From: Gammaproteobacteria bacterium | Lineage (GTDB): Bacteria > Pseudomonadota > Gammaproteobacteria > Eutrophobiales > Eutrophobiaceae | DNA: 64,000 nucleotides | Reading direction: 5' to 3' | Assembly: GCA_965215365.1 (NCBI GenBank) | Contig: CBDCDS010000003.1 | Location: forward strand, 2,240,001-2,304,000 | In this document: one piece after another, positions 8,383-18,644 of the stretch | How the letters are laid out: each line of letters opens with the position of its first letter | Numbering within the stretch: position 1 is the stretch's first letter | The notes under the pieces: model-generated | The model's input: the letters and a program-made list of their open reading frames with translations, nothing else | Databases searched by the model: none | What the model was told of the DNA's origin: nothing | Position numbers and translations under genes: made by a program

Positions 8383-10304
8383 CGATTGCCTACGAACGTC
8401 CCGGGCAAGACGCCCCGGCTGGCGTTGACACTCCTTACACCCTGGCCGTGGGCGCACGCTTTCGCGGCCTGATTGCCACGCGCACCGATGCCGACTGGGT
8501 ACGGGTAGAGTTAACCGCCGGGGAGACCTACACCATGACCTTAGGCGGCATTGGCCCGGGGCCGGCCGGCGATACGGTGCTCACGCTGTACGATAACACC
8601 GGCGCGCAGGTAGCCCGTAACGATGATGTCAACTTCAGCGCCGGGGAGACCCACTCGCAGCTGACGTTTAGGCCCAATACCGATGGGATATATTACCTGC
8701 AAGCCGCAGTCTATACCCGTAACCCGACCCACGACCATGCCGGGCGCTATGAGCTGCGCCTGTATGATAGCGGCGCCTTCACGGCACGCCGGCTCACCGG
8801 CAGTGCTGAGGACGACCGTCTGCCGGCCGGCGACAGTGCCGGCCCCGGCGATGACACCTTGGACGGCGGCGGTGGCGATGACACCTTAGCCGGCGGCCCC
8901 GGCGGTGACAGGCTCATTGGCGGGCCCGGCAGTGACACCGCCTGGTACGGCGACTCCGGCGCTGGGGTGAGCATACGCTTAGAGACCGGCCGCGCACAGG
9001 GCGGGCACGCGACCGGTGACAGCTTCGGGGTGCAACGCATCACTGTTATCGATGCCGTCGGGCAGACCCGCGTGCGCAATGTCCCGGATGTTGAGAACCT
9101 CATTGGCTCAGCACATAGTGATGTGCTCATCGGTAATGCCTTGCCCAATGACTTAGACGGGGGCGAGGGCACTGATACCTTAGACGGTCGGGATGGCAAT
9201 GACTGGCTCACCGGCGGCCCTGGCGCTGATGTACTGCGCGGCGGGCCGGGCTTCGATGCGGTGAGCTACGCCGCCTCCCCGGCCGGGGTGACGGTGAACC
9301 TCACCAGCGGGCAGGCTGTCGGCGGGGACGCCGAGGGTGATACCTTCCCCGGGCGTCAGCTCGTCACCTGGACGGATGCCGCCGGGGGGGTGCGCAGTGG
9401 TCGGGTGGCCGACATTGAATACTTAGACGGCTCGGAGCATGACGACATTCTAATCGGCGCCTCCGGGGCCGATCGCCTTGAAGGGCGGGGCGGGGACGAC
9501 CGCCTTGCAGGGCGCGCCGGGGATGACCGCCTCGAAGGCGAGGCCGGGGCGGATGTGCTCAGCGGGGGTGAGGGTCAGGACACCGCCTCGTATCGCTACT
9601 CCGATGCCGGTGTCATCGTGCGCCTGCACAGCGGGCAGGCGCACGGCGGTCATGCCGAGGGCGATACCTTCACCCCGGTGGCGGGGATGACGGAGGGCGA
9701 GGCGCTGTTGGACATCGAGCACTTACACGGCTCGGACTACCACGACATCTTAGCCGGGGACGGGCGCGACAACACCTTAACCGGCGGCGCTGGCAACGAC
9801 ACCCTCTACGGCGGCCCGGCGGGCGGCGATGACACCCTGCACGGCGGGGCTGGCAATGACCGGCTGTTCGGTGGCAAGGGCAACGATACCCTGCACGGCG
9901 GGGACGGCCACGACACTCTGCGCGGCAACCTCGGCGAGGATACCCTGCGCGGCGGGGATGGTAATGATACCTTGCACGGCGGGGATGGTAATGATACCTT
10001 GCACGGCGGTGCCGGCGCTGACACCCTCACCGGCGGGGACGGCAACGATACCTTCATCTTCACCCCCGGCGCCGGCCACGACACCGTCACCGACTTCGGG
10101 CGCGGGGACGACCGCATTGACCTGAGCGCCTTCGCCGACCTCAGCACCGTCAGCGACTTAACCTTACAACCCGGCCCGCAGGGCCTCGTCATCGACTTCA
10201 CCGGGCACGGCGGCGGCACCCTCACTCTCACCGGCATAGCACAGGACGACCTTAGCGACAGTAGCTTCCTCTTCGCCGGCGCCGATGCCATGCTGCTGGG
10301 CTGA
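8379..10304 (+). CDS. RTX/hemolysin-type calcium-binding repeat protein with N-terminal PPC-like domain
   Basis: AGGAGG RBS and ATG at 8379 overlapping the adhesin TGA; many GGxGxDxL nonapeptides; DWVRVELTAGETY PPC-like motif; C-terminal DTVTDF..DRIDLS. Confidence 0.9.
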   Translation: MTIAYERPGQDAPAGVDTPYTLAVGARFRGLIATRTDADWVRVELTAGETYTMTLGGIGPGPAGDTVLTLYDNTGAQVARNDDVNFSAGETHSQLTFRPNTDGIYYLQAAVYTRNPTHDHAGRYELRLYDSGAFTARRLTGSAEDDRLPAGDSAGPGDDTLDGGGGDDTLAGGPGGDRLIGGPGSDTAWYGDSGAGVSIRLETGRAQGGHATGDSFGVQRITVIDAVGQTRVRNVPDVENLIGSAHSDVLIGNALPNDLDGGEGTDTLDGRDGNDWLTGGPGADVLRGGPGFDAVSYAASPAGVTVNLTSGQAVGGDAEGDTFPGRQLVTWTDAAGGVRSGRVADIEYLDGSEHDDILIGASGADRLEGRGGDDRLAGRAGDDRLEGEAGADVLSGGEGQDTASYRYSDAGVIVRLHSGQAHGGHAEGDTFTPVAGMTEGEALLDIEHLHGSDYHDILAGDGRDNTLTGGAGNDTLYGGPAGGDDTLHGGAGNDRLFGGKGNDTLHGGDGHDTLRGNLGEDTLRGGDGNDTLHGGDGNDTLHGGAGADTLTGGDGNDTFIFTPGAGHDTVTDFGRGDDRIDLSAFADLSTVSDLTLQPGPQGLVIDFTGHGGGTLTLTGIAQDDLSDSSFLFAGADAMLLG

Positions 10305-10347
10305 GGTGCTGGAATTATAAGCTGGTAGCGCACACACCGGAAACGTC

Positions 10348-11319
10348 TCAGGCAACGCGATCGCGTGGGGCCTCGCCCTGGAAAAATGCTTGCAGGTTCT
10401 CAACCACCCGCATCCCCATAGCAACCCGGGTTTCTCTGGAGGCGCTGCCGAGGTGCGGCAACAATACTACGTTCTGCATGGACAGGAGTTGTTCCGGCAG
10501 CACCGGCTCGTCTTCATATACGTCTAGGCCGGCGCCGGCAATGACACCTTGCTGCAGCGCCTCAATCAGGGCGGGCTGATCGATGACATCGCCGCGGGCG
10601 CTGTTGATCAGGAACGCGCCGGGCTTCATCAGCGCCAGACGTTCGGCGTTGAGCAAATGCCAGGTTTCCTTGCCGCCAGGACAGTGCAGCGACACAAAGT
10701 CCGCCTCTTGCAGCACCTCCTCAATGGAGGCGCGCGCGTGTGCCTGTAAGGCGTTGACCACCTCGGCCGGCGGCGGATAAGGGTCGGTAAAGATGATTTT
10801 CATACCGAAACCGTGGAATGCCCGTTGCGCCATGGCCCGGGCGATGCGGCCCATCCCGATCAGGCCCAGAGTCTTGCCGGTAACCTTGGCGCCCATCATG
10901 TGGGTCGGCCGCCAGCCGTGCCATTCCTTGTTACGCACATGCCGTTCGCCCTCCCCGGCGCGGCGCGCCGTCATCAGCAACAGGGTCATGGCAAGATCGG
11001 CAGTGCAGTCGGTCAGCACCTGCGGGGTATTAGTCACTACCAGGCCGCGTGATTTTGCGGCCTCCAGGTCGATGTGATTAAAACCGACGCCATAACTGCC
11101 GATAATGCGCGCGCGCAGGTTGTCCACGGCCAACACCTCGGCGCTGACGTTATCAGATACGGTGGGGCAGAACGCATCCGCGCCTTGCAGCGCCGCCTGC
11201 ATCTGCGCGGACGTCAGGGGCGTATCGGTCTCGTTCAGCTGTACCTCGAAGAGTTCCCCCATCCGGCGCTCGACTTCTTCCGGCCATTTACGACTGACTG
11301 TTACTTTGGGTCTGTTCAT
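10348..11319 (-). CDS. D-2-hydroxyacid dehydrogenase (glyoxylate/hydroxypyruvate reductase)
   Basis: GLIGMGRIA, INSARG, LDVYEDEP, LPHLGSAS motifs; last gene of sga-mcl-mtk operon. Confidence 0.9.
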   Translation of the reverse strand: MNRPKVTVSRKWPEEVERRMGELFEVQLNETDTPLTSAQMQAALQGADAFCPTVSDNVSAEVLAVDNLRARIIGSYGVGFNHIDLEAAKSRGLVVTNTPQVLTDCTADLAMTLLLMTARRAGEGERHVRNKEWHGWRPTHMMGAKVTGKTLGLIGMGRIARAMAQRAFHGFGMKIIFTDPYPPPAEVVNALQAHARASIEEVLQEADFVSLHCPGGKETWHLLNAERLALMKPGAFLINSARGDVIDQPALIEALQQGVIAGAGLDVYEDEPVLPEQLLSMQNVVLLPHLGSASRETRVAMGMRVVENLQAFFQGEAPRDRVA

Positions 11320-11342
11320 AACTATTTCCCCGATTCATACAT

Positions 11343-12230
11343 TTACAGTGATGCCAGCGCGGCCTTGACCGTACTGCCAAACTCGGACGGCCTGGGCACA
11401 ATGGTGACGCCGCATTCGTGCAGAATTTCCACCTTTTCCGCGGCGCTTTCGCCGAACGCGGAAATAATGGCGCCGGCGTGTCCCATGCGCTTGCCCTTGG
11501 GCGCGGTCAGCCCAGCGATGTATCCGATCACCGGCTTGCTCATGTTATCACGGTAAAACGCCGCGGCTTCGGCCTCCTGCGGCCCGCCGATCTCGCCGAT
11601 CATCACTACGGCATCGGTGTCCGAGTCCTGTTCAAACCGTGTTAAATGGTCTTTGAACGAGCTGCCGTTAATGGGGTCGCCGCCAATACCAACACTGGTA
11701 GAAACGCCGATGCCCTCGGCCTTCATCTGTGAGGCTGCTTCGTAGCCCAGGGTACCGGAGCGGCCGATCACCCCCACCCTGCCAGGGATATAGATATGAC
11801 CTGGCATAATGCCCAGCATCGCCTTGCCAGGGCTGATGGTGCCGGCGCAGTTGGGTCCGGTCAGCACCATTTTATCTTCCGCACGGTAGCGACGCATGTA
11901 GCGTTTTACCCGGATCATGTCGTGCGCGGGGATGCCGTCGGTGATACACACACAGTACTTTATCCCGGCATCAGCCGCTTCCATGATGCCATCTGCGGCA
12001 AATGGTGGCGGAATGAAGATGATGCTGCTGTCGGCGCCGGTCTCGGCCACTGCGTCTTTTACCGTGTCGAACACCGGCCGCTCTAGGTGAGTGGCGCCCC
12101 CCTTGCCCGGGGTGACGCCGCCAACGATGTTGGTGCCGTAATTGATCATGTCGCGGGAATGAAACGTCCCGATCTGGCCGGTAAAGCCCTGGACGATGAC
12201 TTTCGAGCTTGCGTTTATCAGGATTGCCAT
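11343..12230 (-). CDS. mtkB: Malate--CoA ligase (malate thiokinase) alpha subunit, SucD family
   Basis: GVTPGKGG, GPNCAG, MGHAGAII; context with mtkA and mcl. Confidence 0.85.
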   Translation of the reverse strand: MAILINASSKVIVQGFTGQIGTFHSRDMINYGTNIVGGVTPGKGGATHLERPVFDTVKDAVAETGADSSIIFIPPPFAADGIMEAADAGIKYCVCITDGIPAHDMIRVKRYMRRYRAEDKMVLTGPNCAGTISPGKAMLGIMPGHIYIPGRVGVIGRSGTLGYEAASQMKAEGIGVSTSVGIGGDPINGSSFKDHLTRFEQDSDTDAVVMIGEIGGPQEAEAAAFYRDNMSKPVIGYIAGLTAPKGKRMGHAGAIISAFGESAAEKVEILHECGVTIVPRPSEFGSTVKAALASL

Positions 12231-13417
12231 TATTGTTCTCCCTGGTTACGCTCGTAGTCCTGCCAGGCGGCGACCGCGTGGTCTGCGGCCTGCTGCAAGG
12301 TGTCCGCCATGATGATGGGCAACTCGCTGTTGCGCAATATCTCCTTGCCCTCCTCCACATTGGTGCCGGACAGCCGGACGATGACGGGCAGCTTGACCTT
12401 TATCCTGCTTAGCGCCTGCACGATGCCTTGCGCCACCCAGTCGCAACGGTTGATGCCGGCAAAGATATTTACCAGTATCGCTCTGACGTTGTTGTCGCTG
12501 AGCACCAGGTTAATGGCCTTTGCCACCCGCTCCGGAGAGGCGCCGCCGCCGATGTCCAGAAAGTTGGCCGGTTCGCCGCCGGCGTGCTTGATCATGTCCA
12601 TGGTTGCCATGGCCAGACCGGCGCCATTGATGATGCAACCGATATTGCCCGCCAGACCGACATAGCTCAGCCCTCGGTCGGCAGCCTTCATCTCGCGTGC
12701 ATCCTCCTGGGATTTATCGCGCAACTCGGAAAGGTTCGGGCGTCGAAACAGCGCATTGTCATCAAACCCCATTTTCGCGTCTAGCGCCACCAGATGGTTA
12801 TCTGCGGTCACTACCAGCGGGTTAATCTCCACCATGGTGGCATCGAGATCGCGAAATGCCCGGTAGCAGCCCAGCAAGGTGGTAATGGCTTGACTGAGCA
12901 AGGCCTTGTCGATACCCAGTTTGAACGCGATCTCGCGGGCCTGGAACGGTTGCATGCCCACCGCCGGCTCAACCACGACGCGAATCAGCGACTCCGGCCG
13001 TTGCTGGGCAATTTCCTCAATCTCCACGCCGCCCTCCGCTGAGGCAACCACGGCAATCCGTTCCTGCTGCCGGTCCAGTACGAAGCCGACGTAATACTCG
13101 TTGGAAATGTCGCGGGCTTCTTCCACGTACAACCGATGAATGATCTTGCCGGCGCTGCCGGTCTGGTGGGTGCTCAAGCGACGCCCCAGCAGTTCGTCGG
13201 CAGCCTGCCAGATCTCCTCGTCGTCCCGACCGAACCTGATGCCACCGGCCTTGCCGCGCCCGCCCGAGTGAATCTGCGCCTTGACCACCCAGGCGTCACC
13301 GCCGATCTCATGGCAGCGATACACCGCTTGCTCCGGGCTGTATGCCAGCCCCCCGCGCGGGATCGGCACACCGAAATCGGACAGGATCTCTTTGGCCTGA
13401 TATTCGTGAATTTCCAT
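12230..13417 (-). CDS. mtkA: Malate--CoA ligase beta subunit, SucC family
   Basis: [34 protein letters not shown] (Mtk-like rather than SucC GGIVRCD). Confidence 0.88.
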   Translation of the reverse strand: MEIHEYQAKEILSDFGVPIPRGGLAYSPEQAVYRCHEIGGDAWVVKAQIHSGGRGKAGGIRFGRDDEEIWQAADELLGRRLSTHQTGSAGKIIHRLYVEEARDISNEYYVGFVLDRQQERIAVVASAEGGVEIEEIAQQRPESLIRVVVEPAVGMQPFQAREIAFKLGIDKALLSQAITTLLGCYRAFRDLDATMVEINPLVVTADNHLVALDAKMGFDDNALFRRPNLSELRDKSQEDAREMKAADRGLSYVGLAGNIGCIINGAGLAMATMDMIKHAGGEPANFLDIGGGASPERVAKAINLVLSDNNVRAILVNIFAGINRCDWVAQGIVQALSRIKVKLPVIVRLSGTNVEEGKEILRNSELPIIMADTLQQAADHAVAAWQDYERNQGEQ

Positions 13418-13428
13418 TGGTTGTCACC

Positions 13429-14373
13429 TCATTGGTTTATCAATTCCGCCTGACGCACGATATTTTCTGCCATGCGTTCCGAGGCGGCGTCAATCATCTT
13501 GCCGTCCAGTTGTGCCGCGCCCTTGCCTTGCCGGGCGGCTTCCTGCAAGGCTGCCAGTACCCGCCGGGCGCGGGTAATTTCCGCCTGTGGCGGCGACATG
13601 ATCTCGTTAGCCAGTGCGATCTGGTTGGGGTGTATCGCCCATTTGCCTTCATACCCCAGCGCCGCCGCGCGCCGCGCCGCCGCGCGGTAGCCCGCGACGT
13701 CATTGAAGTCCCCAAACGGCCCGTCAATGGCGCGCAGGCCGCAGGCCCGGCAGGCTGTTACCATGTTCACTAGGGCACTGTGCCACTGGTCACCTAGGGC
13801 ACCGTCACACTGGTAGTCGGGGTTGAGCCCGCCGATGTTCACGGTACGCGCGCGCAGACTGGCGGCGTAGTCTGCCACGCCGAAGTGCAGGGCTTCGAGA
13901 CGCGGGGAGGATTGCGCAATGGCCATGACGTTGGCCCCGCCCAGCGCGGTTTCAATCAGGCACTCTATGCCGATTTTCTTTTCCAGCCCCATGGCCTGTT
14001 CAATCTGTGTCAACAGGCAGTCCACCATATACACATCCGCAGCCGTGCCGGCCTTGGGAATAAGCACGGTGTCGAGCCGCGCCCCGGCCTGCTCGACGAT
14101 GTCCACCACATCCCGGTACATATAATGGGTATCCAGACCATTGATACGCACTGACAGGGTTTTGCCCTGCCAGTCAATATCGTTCAGCGCGGCGATGATG
14201 TTCTTGCGGGCCTGGGGCTTGTCATCGGGGATAACTGCGTCCTCACAATCCAGAAAGATGTAATCCGCGGCGGAGGCGGCTGCCTTCTCGAACATGCCGG
14301 GGTTGGAGCCAGGCACCGCCAGTTCGCTGCGCTGCAAGCGGGTGGGCGCCGACGGATACCGGGCAAAACTCAT
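13429..14373 (-). CDS. mcl: Malyl-CoA/beta-methylmalyl-CoA lyase (CitE family)
   Basis: RLQRSELAVPGS, DTHYMYRDVVD, LHFGVADYAAS, EGKWAIHP. Confidence 0.92.
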   Translation of the reverse strand: MSFARYPSAPTRLQRSELAVPGSNPGMFEKAAASAADYIFLDCEDAVIPDDKPQARKNIIAALNDIDWQGKTLSVRINGLDTHYMYRDVVDIVEQAGARLDTVLIPKAGTAADVYMVDCLLTQIEQAMGLEKKIGIECLIETALGGANVMAIAQSSPRLEALHFGVADYAASLRARTVNIGGLNPDYQCDGALGDQWHSALVNMVTACRACGLRAIDGPFGDFNDVAGYRAAARRAAALGYEGKWAIHPNQIALANEIMSPPQAEITRARRVLAALQEAARQGKGAAQLDGKMIDAASERMAENIVRQAELINQ

Positions 14374-15551
14374 CAGAACCGCGCCTGACGGGTGTTGCGC
14401 AGATATTCCTGGGCGGCAGCCACGCCGCTGCCCAATTCGATATTGATACCCAGGTCTTTCATGGACATCTCGGCCGCGTTCAACGGGGTCAGCACCATCA
14501 CCTCATTCAAATCACCTAGGTGGCCGATGCGGAATGCCTGCCCGGCGATCTTGCCGAGGCTGATGGACAGGGCCACATTATAATACTGGTAGCTGTGGCG
14601 CGCGACCTCATTGCCATCGAAGCCGGCCGGCACCCGCACCGCGCTGACCGTATCGGAATACCAGTTCTCATCCTTTGCAACCAGAGACAGGTCCCAGGCC
14701 GCCACCGCCTTGCGTACTGCCACGGCCAGACGGGTATGACGGGCAAATACGTTCTCCAACCCTTCCTCCAGCAGCATATTGACGGATTCCCGTAGCCCCC
14801 GCAGATAGATGGTATTGGGGGTATAGGGGAAATAGCCGTGGTCATTTGCGGCAATCATGTCGTCGAACGAGAAATAGGTGCGCGGCAGGGTGGCGGCGGC
14901 GCGTGCGGACAGGGCTTTTTCACTGACGCCGAGGATGCCCAGCCCGGTGGGTAACATAAAGCCTTTCTGCGAGCCGGATACCGCCAGGTCCACGCCCCAC
15001 TCATCCATGCGGAAGTCCAGGCTGGCCAGGGAGCTCACCGCGTCCACGTACAACAAGGCCGGATGGTCAGCCTCATCCAGGGCTTTGCGCACACCGGCAA
15101 TATCGCTCCTGACTCCGGTCGCCGTTTCATTATGAGTGGCAAATACCGCCTTGATCTCCCTGTTGGTATCAGCCTTGAGAATCTCGGCATAGCGCGCCAC
15201 CGGCACACCCTCACCCCAGTCCAGCTCGATAGCGTTCACGTCCAGGCCGTGGCGCCGGCACATATTCACCCACAACTGGCTGAACTGGCCGAAATGTGAC
15301 ATCAGCACCTTGTCACCGGCTGACAGGGTATTACTGATAGCGGCCTCCCAGGCGCCGGTGCCGGATGAAGAAAAGATGAAAATCCGCCCCGTTTCGGTCT
15401 TGAAGATCTGTTTCAGGTCGTTGAACAACGGCAGGGTGAATTCAGGAAAATCCACCGCGCGCATATCCTCCTGCTCTATCGCCATGGCATTGCGAATGCG
15501 CTGGGGCACAAGCGTGGGACCGGGTAGGTGCAAAAAATTTCGACCGGGCAT
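14373..15551 (-). CDS. sgaA: Serine--glyoxylate aminotransferase (class V PLP)
   Basis: MPGRNFLHLPGPT, HNETATGV, GSQKGFMLP, FRIGHLG; start moved to 15551. Confidence 0.9.
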   Translation of the reverse strand: MPGRNFLHLPGPTLVPQRIRNAMAIEQEDMRAVDFPEFTLPLFNDLKQIFKTETGRIFIFSSSGTGAWEAAISNTLSAGDKVLMSHFGQFSQLWVNMCRRHGLDVNAIELDWGEGVPVARYAEILKADTNREIKAVFATHNETATGVRSDIAGVRKALDEADHPALLYVDAVSSLASLDFRMDEWGVDLAVSGSQKGFMLPTGLGILGVSEKALSARAAATLPRTYFSFDDMIAANDHGYFPYTPNTIYLRGLRESVNMLLEEGLENVFARHTRLAVAVRKAVAAWDLSLVAKDENWYSDTVSAVRVPAGFDGNEVARHSYQYYNVALSISLGKIAGQAFRIGHLGDLNEVMVLTPLNAAEMSMKDLGINIELGSGVAAAQEYLRNTRQARF

Positions 15552-15573
15552 AGTCACTCTCCAAGTATCAATA

Positions 15574-15606
15574 TAAGGTAACCTCGTGTAACAGAGGTGA
15601 GCATAA
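15574..15606. mobile_element. Minimal 'ends-only' MITE A derivative
   Basis: TAAGGTAACCTC-GTGTAACA-GAGGTGAGCATAA. Confidence 0.5.
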
Positions 15607-16062
15607 AAAAGTCGCCGGGCTGGGCGACGCACGAGGCGTTCGCTGAAAGTATTGGGGGCAGGTTCAAGGGCAAGAAATACCACCTTCCGCAAGGTCATCC
15701 CAAAATACCACCACCCGACAAACCACTTTGTCGTTGAACACGGGATTTCCAGGGCATCACCCTCGGCAAGCCATGGGCCGGCGCTACCTTGCCGGCTCCA
15801 CGAGATTAGTCAGCTTATCTCAGCGAGGCCTTTTATGCAACCGTTATTTTTGCCTGTTTCCCGGCTATGTTGACGGACTTGTAACAGCCCCGCTAGGTGT
15901 TGGCATTTTTGCGCTCCCGGCTCCGGCACTGAGCGGGTGCTGTTTTGTGGTATTTTTATTCACCTTAAAACTTAATAAATGCTTACAAATTTCACTTTTT
16001 GATTTCATTTTTTAATTAAAACTCGTATAATAATCGGCGGCTCAAGCCGAAGAATCCGTATT

Positions 16063-17214
16063 ATGTTCAAAAGACTCATTAAAAAACCACTGGAACCACG
16101 CAAGAGCTTTTTTCTCTTTGGCCCCAGAGGTACCGGCAAAACCACCTGGTTGAAACACCATCTGCCTGAGGCGCTGTTCATCAACCTGCTTCAGTCCGAA
16201 TTCTATAATCGCCTGTCTGCGAACCCGGGATATCTCAGGGAGCTCATTCCTCCCGGTCACGCAGAACGGGTGATTATCGACGAAGTACAGCGCATCCCGG
16301 CGCTGCTGAACGAAGTACATGATCTGATCGAATCAAGCAAGCTGAACTTTGTGCTGACCGGTTCAAGCGCAAGAGCGTTACGGCGCAAAGGGGTCAACCT
16401 GCTGGCCGGCCGCGCTCTGACATATTTCATGCACCCATTGACGGTAACAGAACAGCAGGACGCATTCGCTCTGCGCAACTCCATACAATTCGGGCACCTG
16501 CCGGCTCGGTTCAGCGAGGGCAATCCCGGCAAATATCTCAAGGACTATGTGCAAACCTACCTCAGGGAAGAAGTCATGCAAGAAGGACTCACACGCAACA
16601 TCGGCCATTTTTCCCGATTTTTGGAGGTAGCCAGCTTCTCCCAAGGAGCTATCGTCAATATCAGCAATACTGCACGTGAGGCACAAGTCGCGCGGCCGGT
16701 TGCCGAGAACTATTTCTCCATACTGGAGGACTTGCTGTTAGCCGTGCGCCTGCCGGTATTCAGTCGTAAGGCAAAGCGGCAGCTCACCACACACAGAAAA
16801 TTTTATTTTTTCGATGCCGGCGTGTTCCGGGCGATCCGACCCAGCGGCCCGCTGGACTCCGATGCCGAACTGGACGGCCCCGCATTGGAGACACTGGTAC
16901 TGCAGGAACTTAGTGCGCTGAATGATTATCTCGGCTGCGAATACGGGATCTATTACTGGCACACGCGCACCAACCTGGAAATCGACTTTGTCCTGTACGG
17001 CCGGCGCGGGCTGCTGGCCATTGAGGTGAAACGCTCCCCACAAGTCCAGCTCAAACAAACGCGAGCATTGCGGGAATTCAAAAAAGATTATCCTCCCGCC
17101 CGTTGTTACCTGTTCTACGGCGGGACTGTCCCCCAGTACCTTGAAGATATCACCATCCTGCCCATCGACTACGCCCTGAAAAATCTCGGGCAGATACTGA
17201 CCGGCGACAAGTGA
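16063..17214 (+). CDS. AAA+ ATPase with C-terminal DUF4143 (PD-(D/E)XK-like) domain, paralog 1
   Basis: GPRGTGKT, IIDEVQR, LTGSS, LLAGRA, KFYFFDAG, EIDFV..AIEVK. Confidence 0.92.
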   Translation: MFKRLIKKPLEPRKSFFLFGPRGTGKTTWLKHHLPEALFINLLQSEFYNRLSANPGYLRELIPPGHAERVIIDEVQRIPALLNEVHDLIESSKLNFVLTGSSARALRRKGVNLLAGRALTYFMHPLTVTEQQDAFALRNSIQFGHLPARFSEGNPGKYLKDYVQTYLREEVMQEGLTRNIGHFSRFLEVASFSQGAIVNISNTAREAQVARPVAENYFSILEDLLLAVRLPVFSRKAKRQLTTHRKFYFFDAGVFRAIRPSGPLDSDAELDGPALETLVLQELSALNDYLGCEYGIYYWHTRTNLEIDFVLYGRRGLLAIEVKRSPQVQLKQTRALREFKKDYPPARCYLFYGGTVPQYLEDITILPIDYALKNLGQILTGDK

Positions 17215-17354
17215 AAAGGCAAGTTTGCCCCGGCATGCCGTCAGCCGCGGACGAAGCGTCCCTCCTTGGACGCAACCCTTCGGGCCGCTATCGCTGTGCC
17301 AATCGGCTATCCTGCCGATGGGTCATTTTCAAGCACTGACGTGCTTGCGGTTAC

Positions 17355-17409
17355 TGGCAGCACATCCCTGTGCTGCACGGTCACCTCGTGTTTGTGAGAG
17401 GTGACCTTA
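17355..17409. mobile_element. MITE A right-end module
   Basis: TGCTGCACGGTCACCTCGTGTTTGTGAGAGGTGACCTTA, near-identical to 1082-1120 and the reverse complement of the 47654 element. Confidence 0.8.
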
Positions 17410-17411
17410 TC

Positions 17412-17469
17412 TTGACAGTATGTGAAACTCCTGTTTTAATGTTGTTTATCTTACTTTCAAAGTTAGATA
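17412..17469 (+). promoter_or_regulatory. sigma70 promoter plus inverted repeat overlapping the start codon
   Basis: TTGACA-N17-TTTAAT; TATCTTACTTT-C-AAAGTTAGATA at 17447-17469. Confidence 0.65.
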
Positions 17470-18638
17470 TGCAACATAAAATAACACGAACAAACCTCCT
17501 CTCTGCGGTTACTAGGAACCTGTCCGAGGCACCGGTGGTAGCCTTGTTGGGCGCGCGACAAACAGGCAAGACCACCCTCGCCGGTCAGGTGGCTGAGGTA
17601 TGGCCCGGTCCATCCACGGTTTTTGACCTGGAGGTCACTGCGACCCGGACAGCATTGTCCATGACGCCTGAGAAACTGCTGCGTGAGTGCGAAGGTCTGG
17701 TTATTCTTGACGAAGTGCAACGAATGCCGGCGCTTTTTGAAATACTCCGGCCAATCTGTGACAATCAAAACCAAAAAGCAGTCTTTCTGTTGCTGGGTAG
17801 CGCCTCTTTGGACCTGATCAAAGGGGTATCCGAAACATTGGCCGGACGGATTCTCTTTGTGGACGTGGGCGGCTTCTCACTGGCCGAGGCAGGCACACAA
17901 AACCAGGACAGCCTGTGGCTGCGGGGTGGCTTTCCACGAGCCTGGCTGGCGCCATCAACGCCGGCGTGGGCACGCTGGATGCAGTCGTTTACGCGCACGT
18001 TTCTGGAACGTGATATTCCCGGGCTGGGTTCGAAAGTGTCTCCTGAGGCGCTAGGCCGCTTCTGGAGGATGCTGGCACACTATCACGGACAAACCTGGAA
18101 CGCGGCGGAGGTAGGACGCTCAATGGATGTGAGCATTACTGCAGTGAACCACTACCGTGACCTGCTGACAGGTTCTTTCATGCTGCGCATTCTGCCACCA
18201 TGGTATGAAAGGCTGGGCAAGCGCCTAATCAAGGCCCCCAAAGTATTCCTGCGTGACAGTGGCATCCTGCACTTCCTGCTGGGACTGGAAGACATGCAGG
18301 AATTGCAGCTGCACCCGCGCTATGGCGCTAGTTGGGAAGGGTTCGCCCTGGAGCAGACGCTTATGGCGCATGGTCAACGCGAGGCTTATTTCTATAGGAC
18401 GCAGCGCGGCGCCGAACTGGACCTGATGTTGCTACGGCGAGGCCGGCGCTGGGGCTTTGAATTCAAATGCACCGATGCCCCGCGCACAACGAAGTCCATG
18501 CATGGGGTCATCGAAGACCTGGGGTTGGAGCGCTTGTGGGTAGTCTATCCCGGTGAGCAGGAATATCCCCTCACTGACACCATCAGCGCCCTGCCATTGA
18601 AAAAAATACACGACATCGAACTGCGGCCGACGCTGTGA
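17469..18638 (+). CDS. AAA+ ATPase with DUF4143, paralog 2
   Basis: GARQTGKT, LDEVQR, LLGSAS, LAGRI, RGGFP, ELDLM..GFEFK; start moved to ATG 17469. Confidence 0.92.
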   Translation: MQHKITRTNLLSAVTRNLSEAPVVALLGARQTGKTTLAGQVAEVWPGPSTVFDLEVTATRTALSMTPEKLLRECEGLVILDEVQRMPALFEILRPICDNQNQKAVFLLLGSASLDLIKGVSETLAGRILFVDVGGFSLAEAGTQNQDSLWLRGGFPRAWLAPSTPAWARWMQSFTRTFLERDIPGLGSKVSPEALGRFWRMLAHYHGQTWNAAEVGRSMDVSITAVNHYRDLLTGSFMLRILPPWYERLGKRLIKAPKVFLRDSGILHFLLGLEDMQELQLHPRYGASWEGFALEQTLMAHGQREAYFYRTQRGAELDLMLLRRGRRWGFEFKCTDAPRTTKSMHGVIEDLGLERLWVVYPGEQEYPLTDTISALPLKKIHDIELRPTL

Positions 18639-18644
18639 AAACTG

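Noticed and set aside
2281-10333. Long antisense and alternative-frame ORFs over the adhesin and RTX genes
   Set aside because: Shadow ORFs from high GC and codon bias; no recognisable motifs.
11343-13417. Ordinary sucCD
   Set aside because: No sucAB context; flanked by mcl and sga and carries Mtk-like motifs.
15552-15900. Glycine riboswitch upstream of sgaA
   Set aside because: Could not find the conserved GGAGA/CCGAAG/CUCUCAGG elements by eye; a covariance search would be needed.
17370-17468. Longer start for AAA paralog 2
   Set aside because: Runs through MITE sequence and the predicted promoter.
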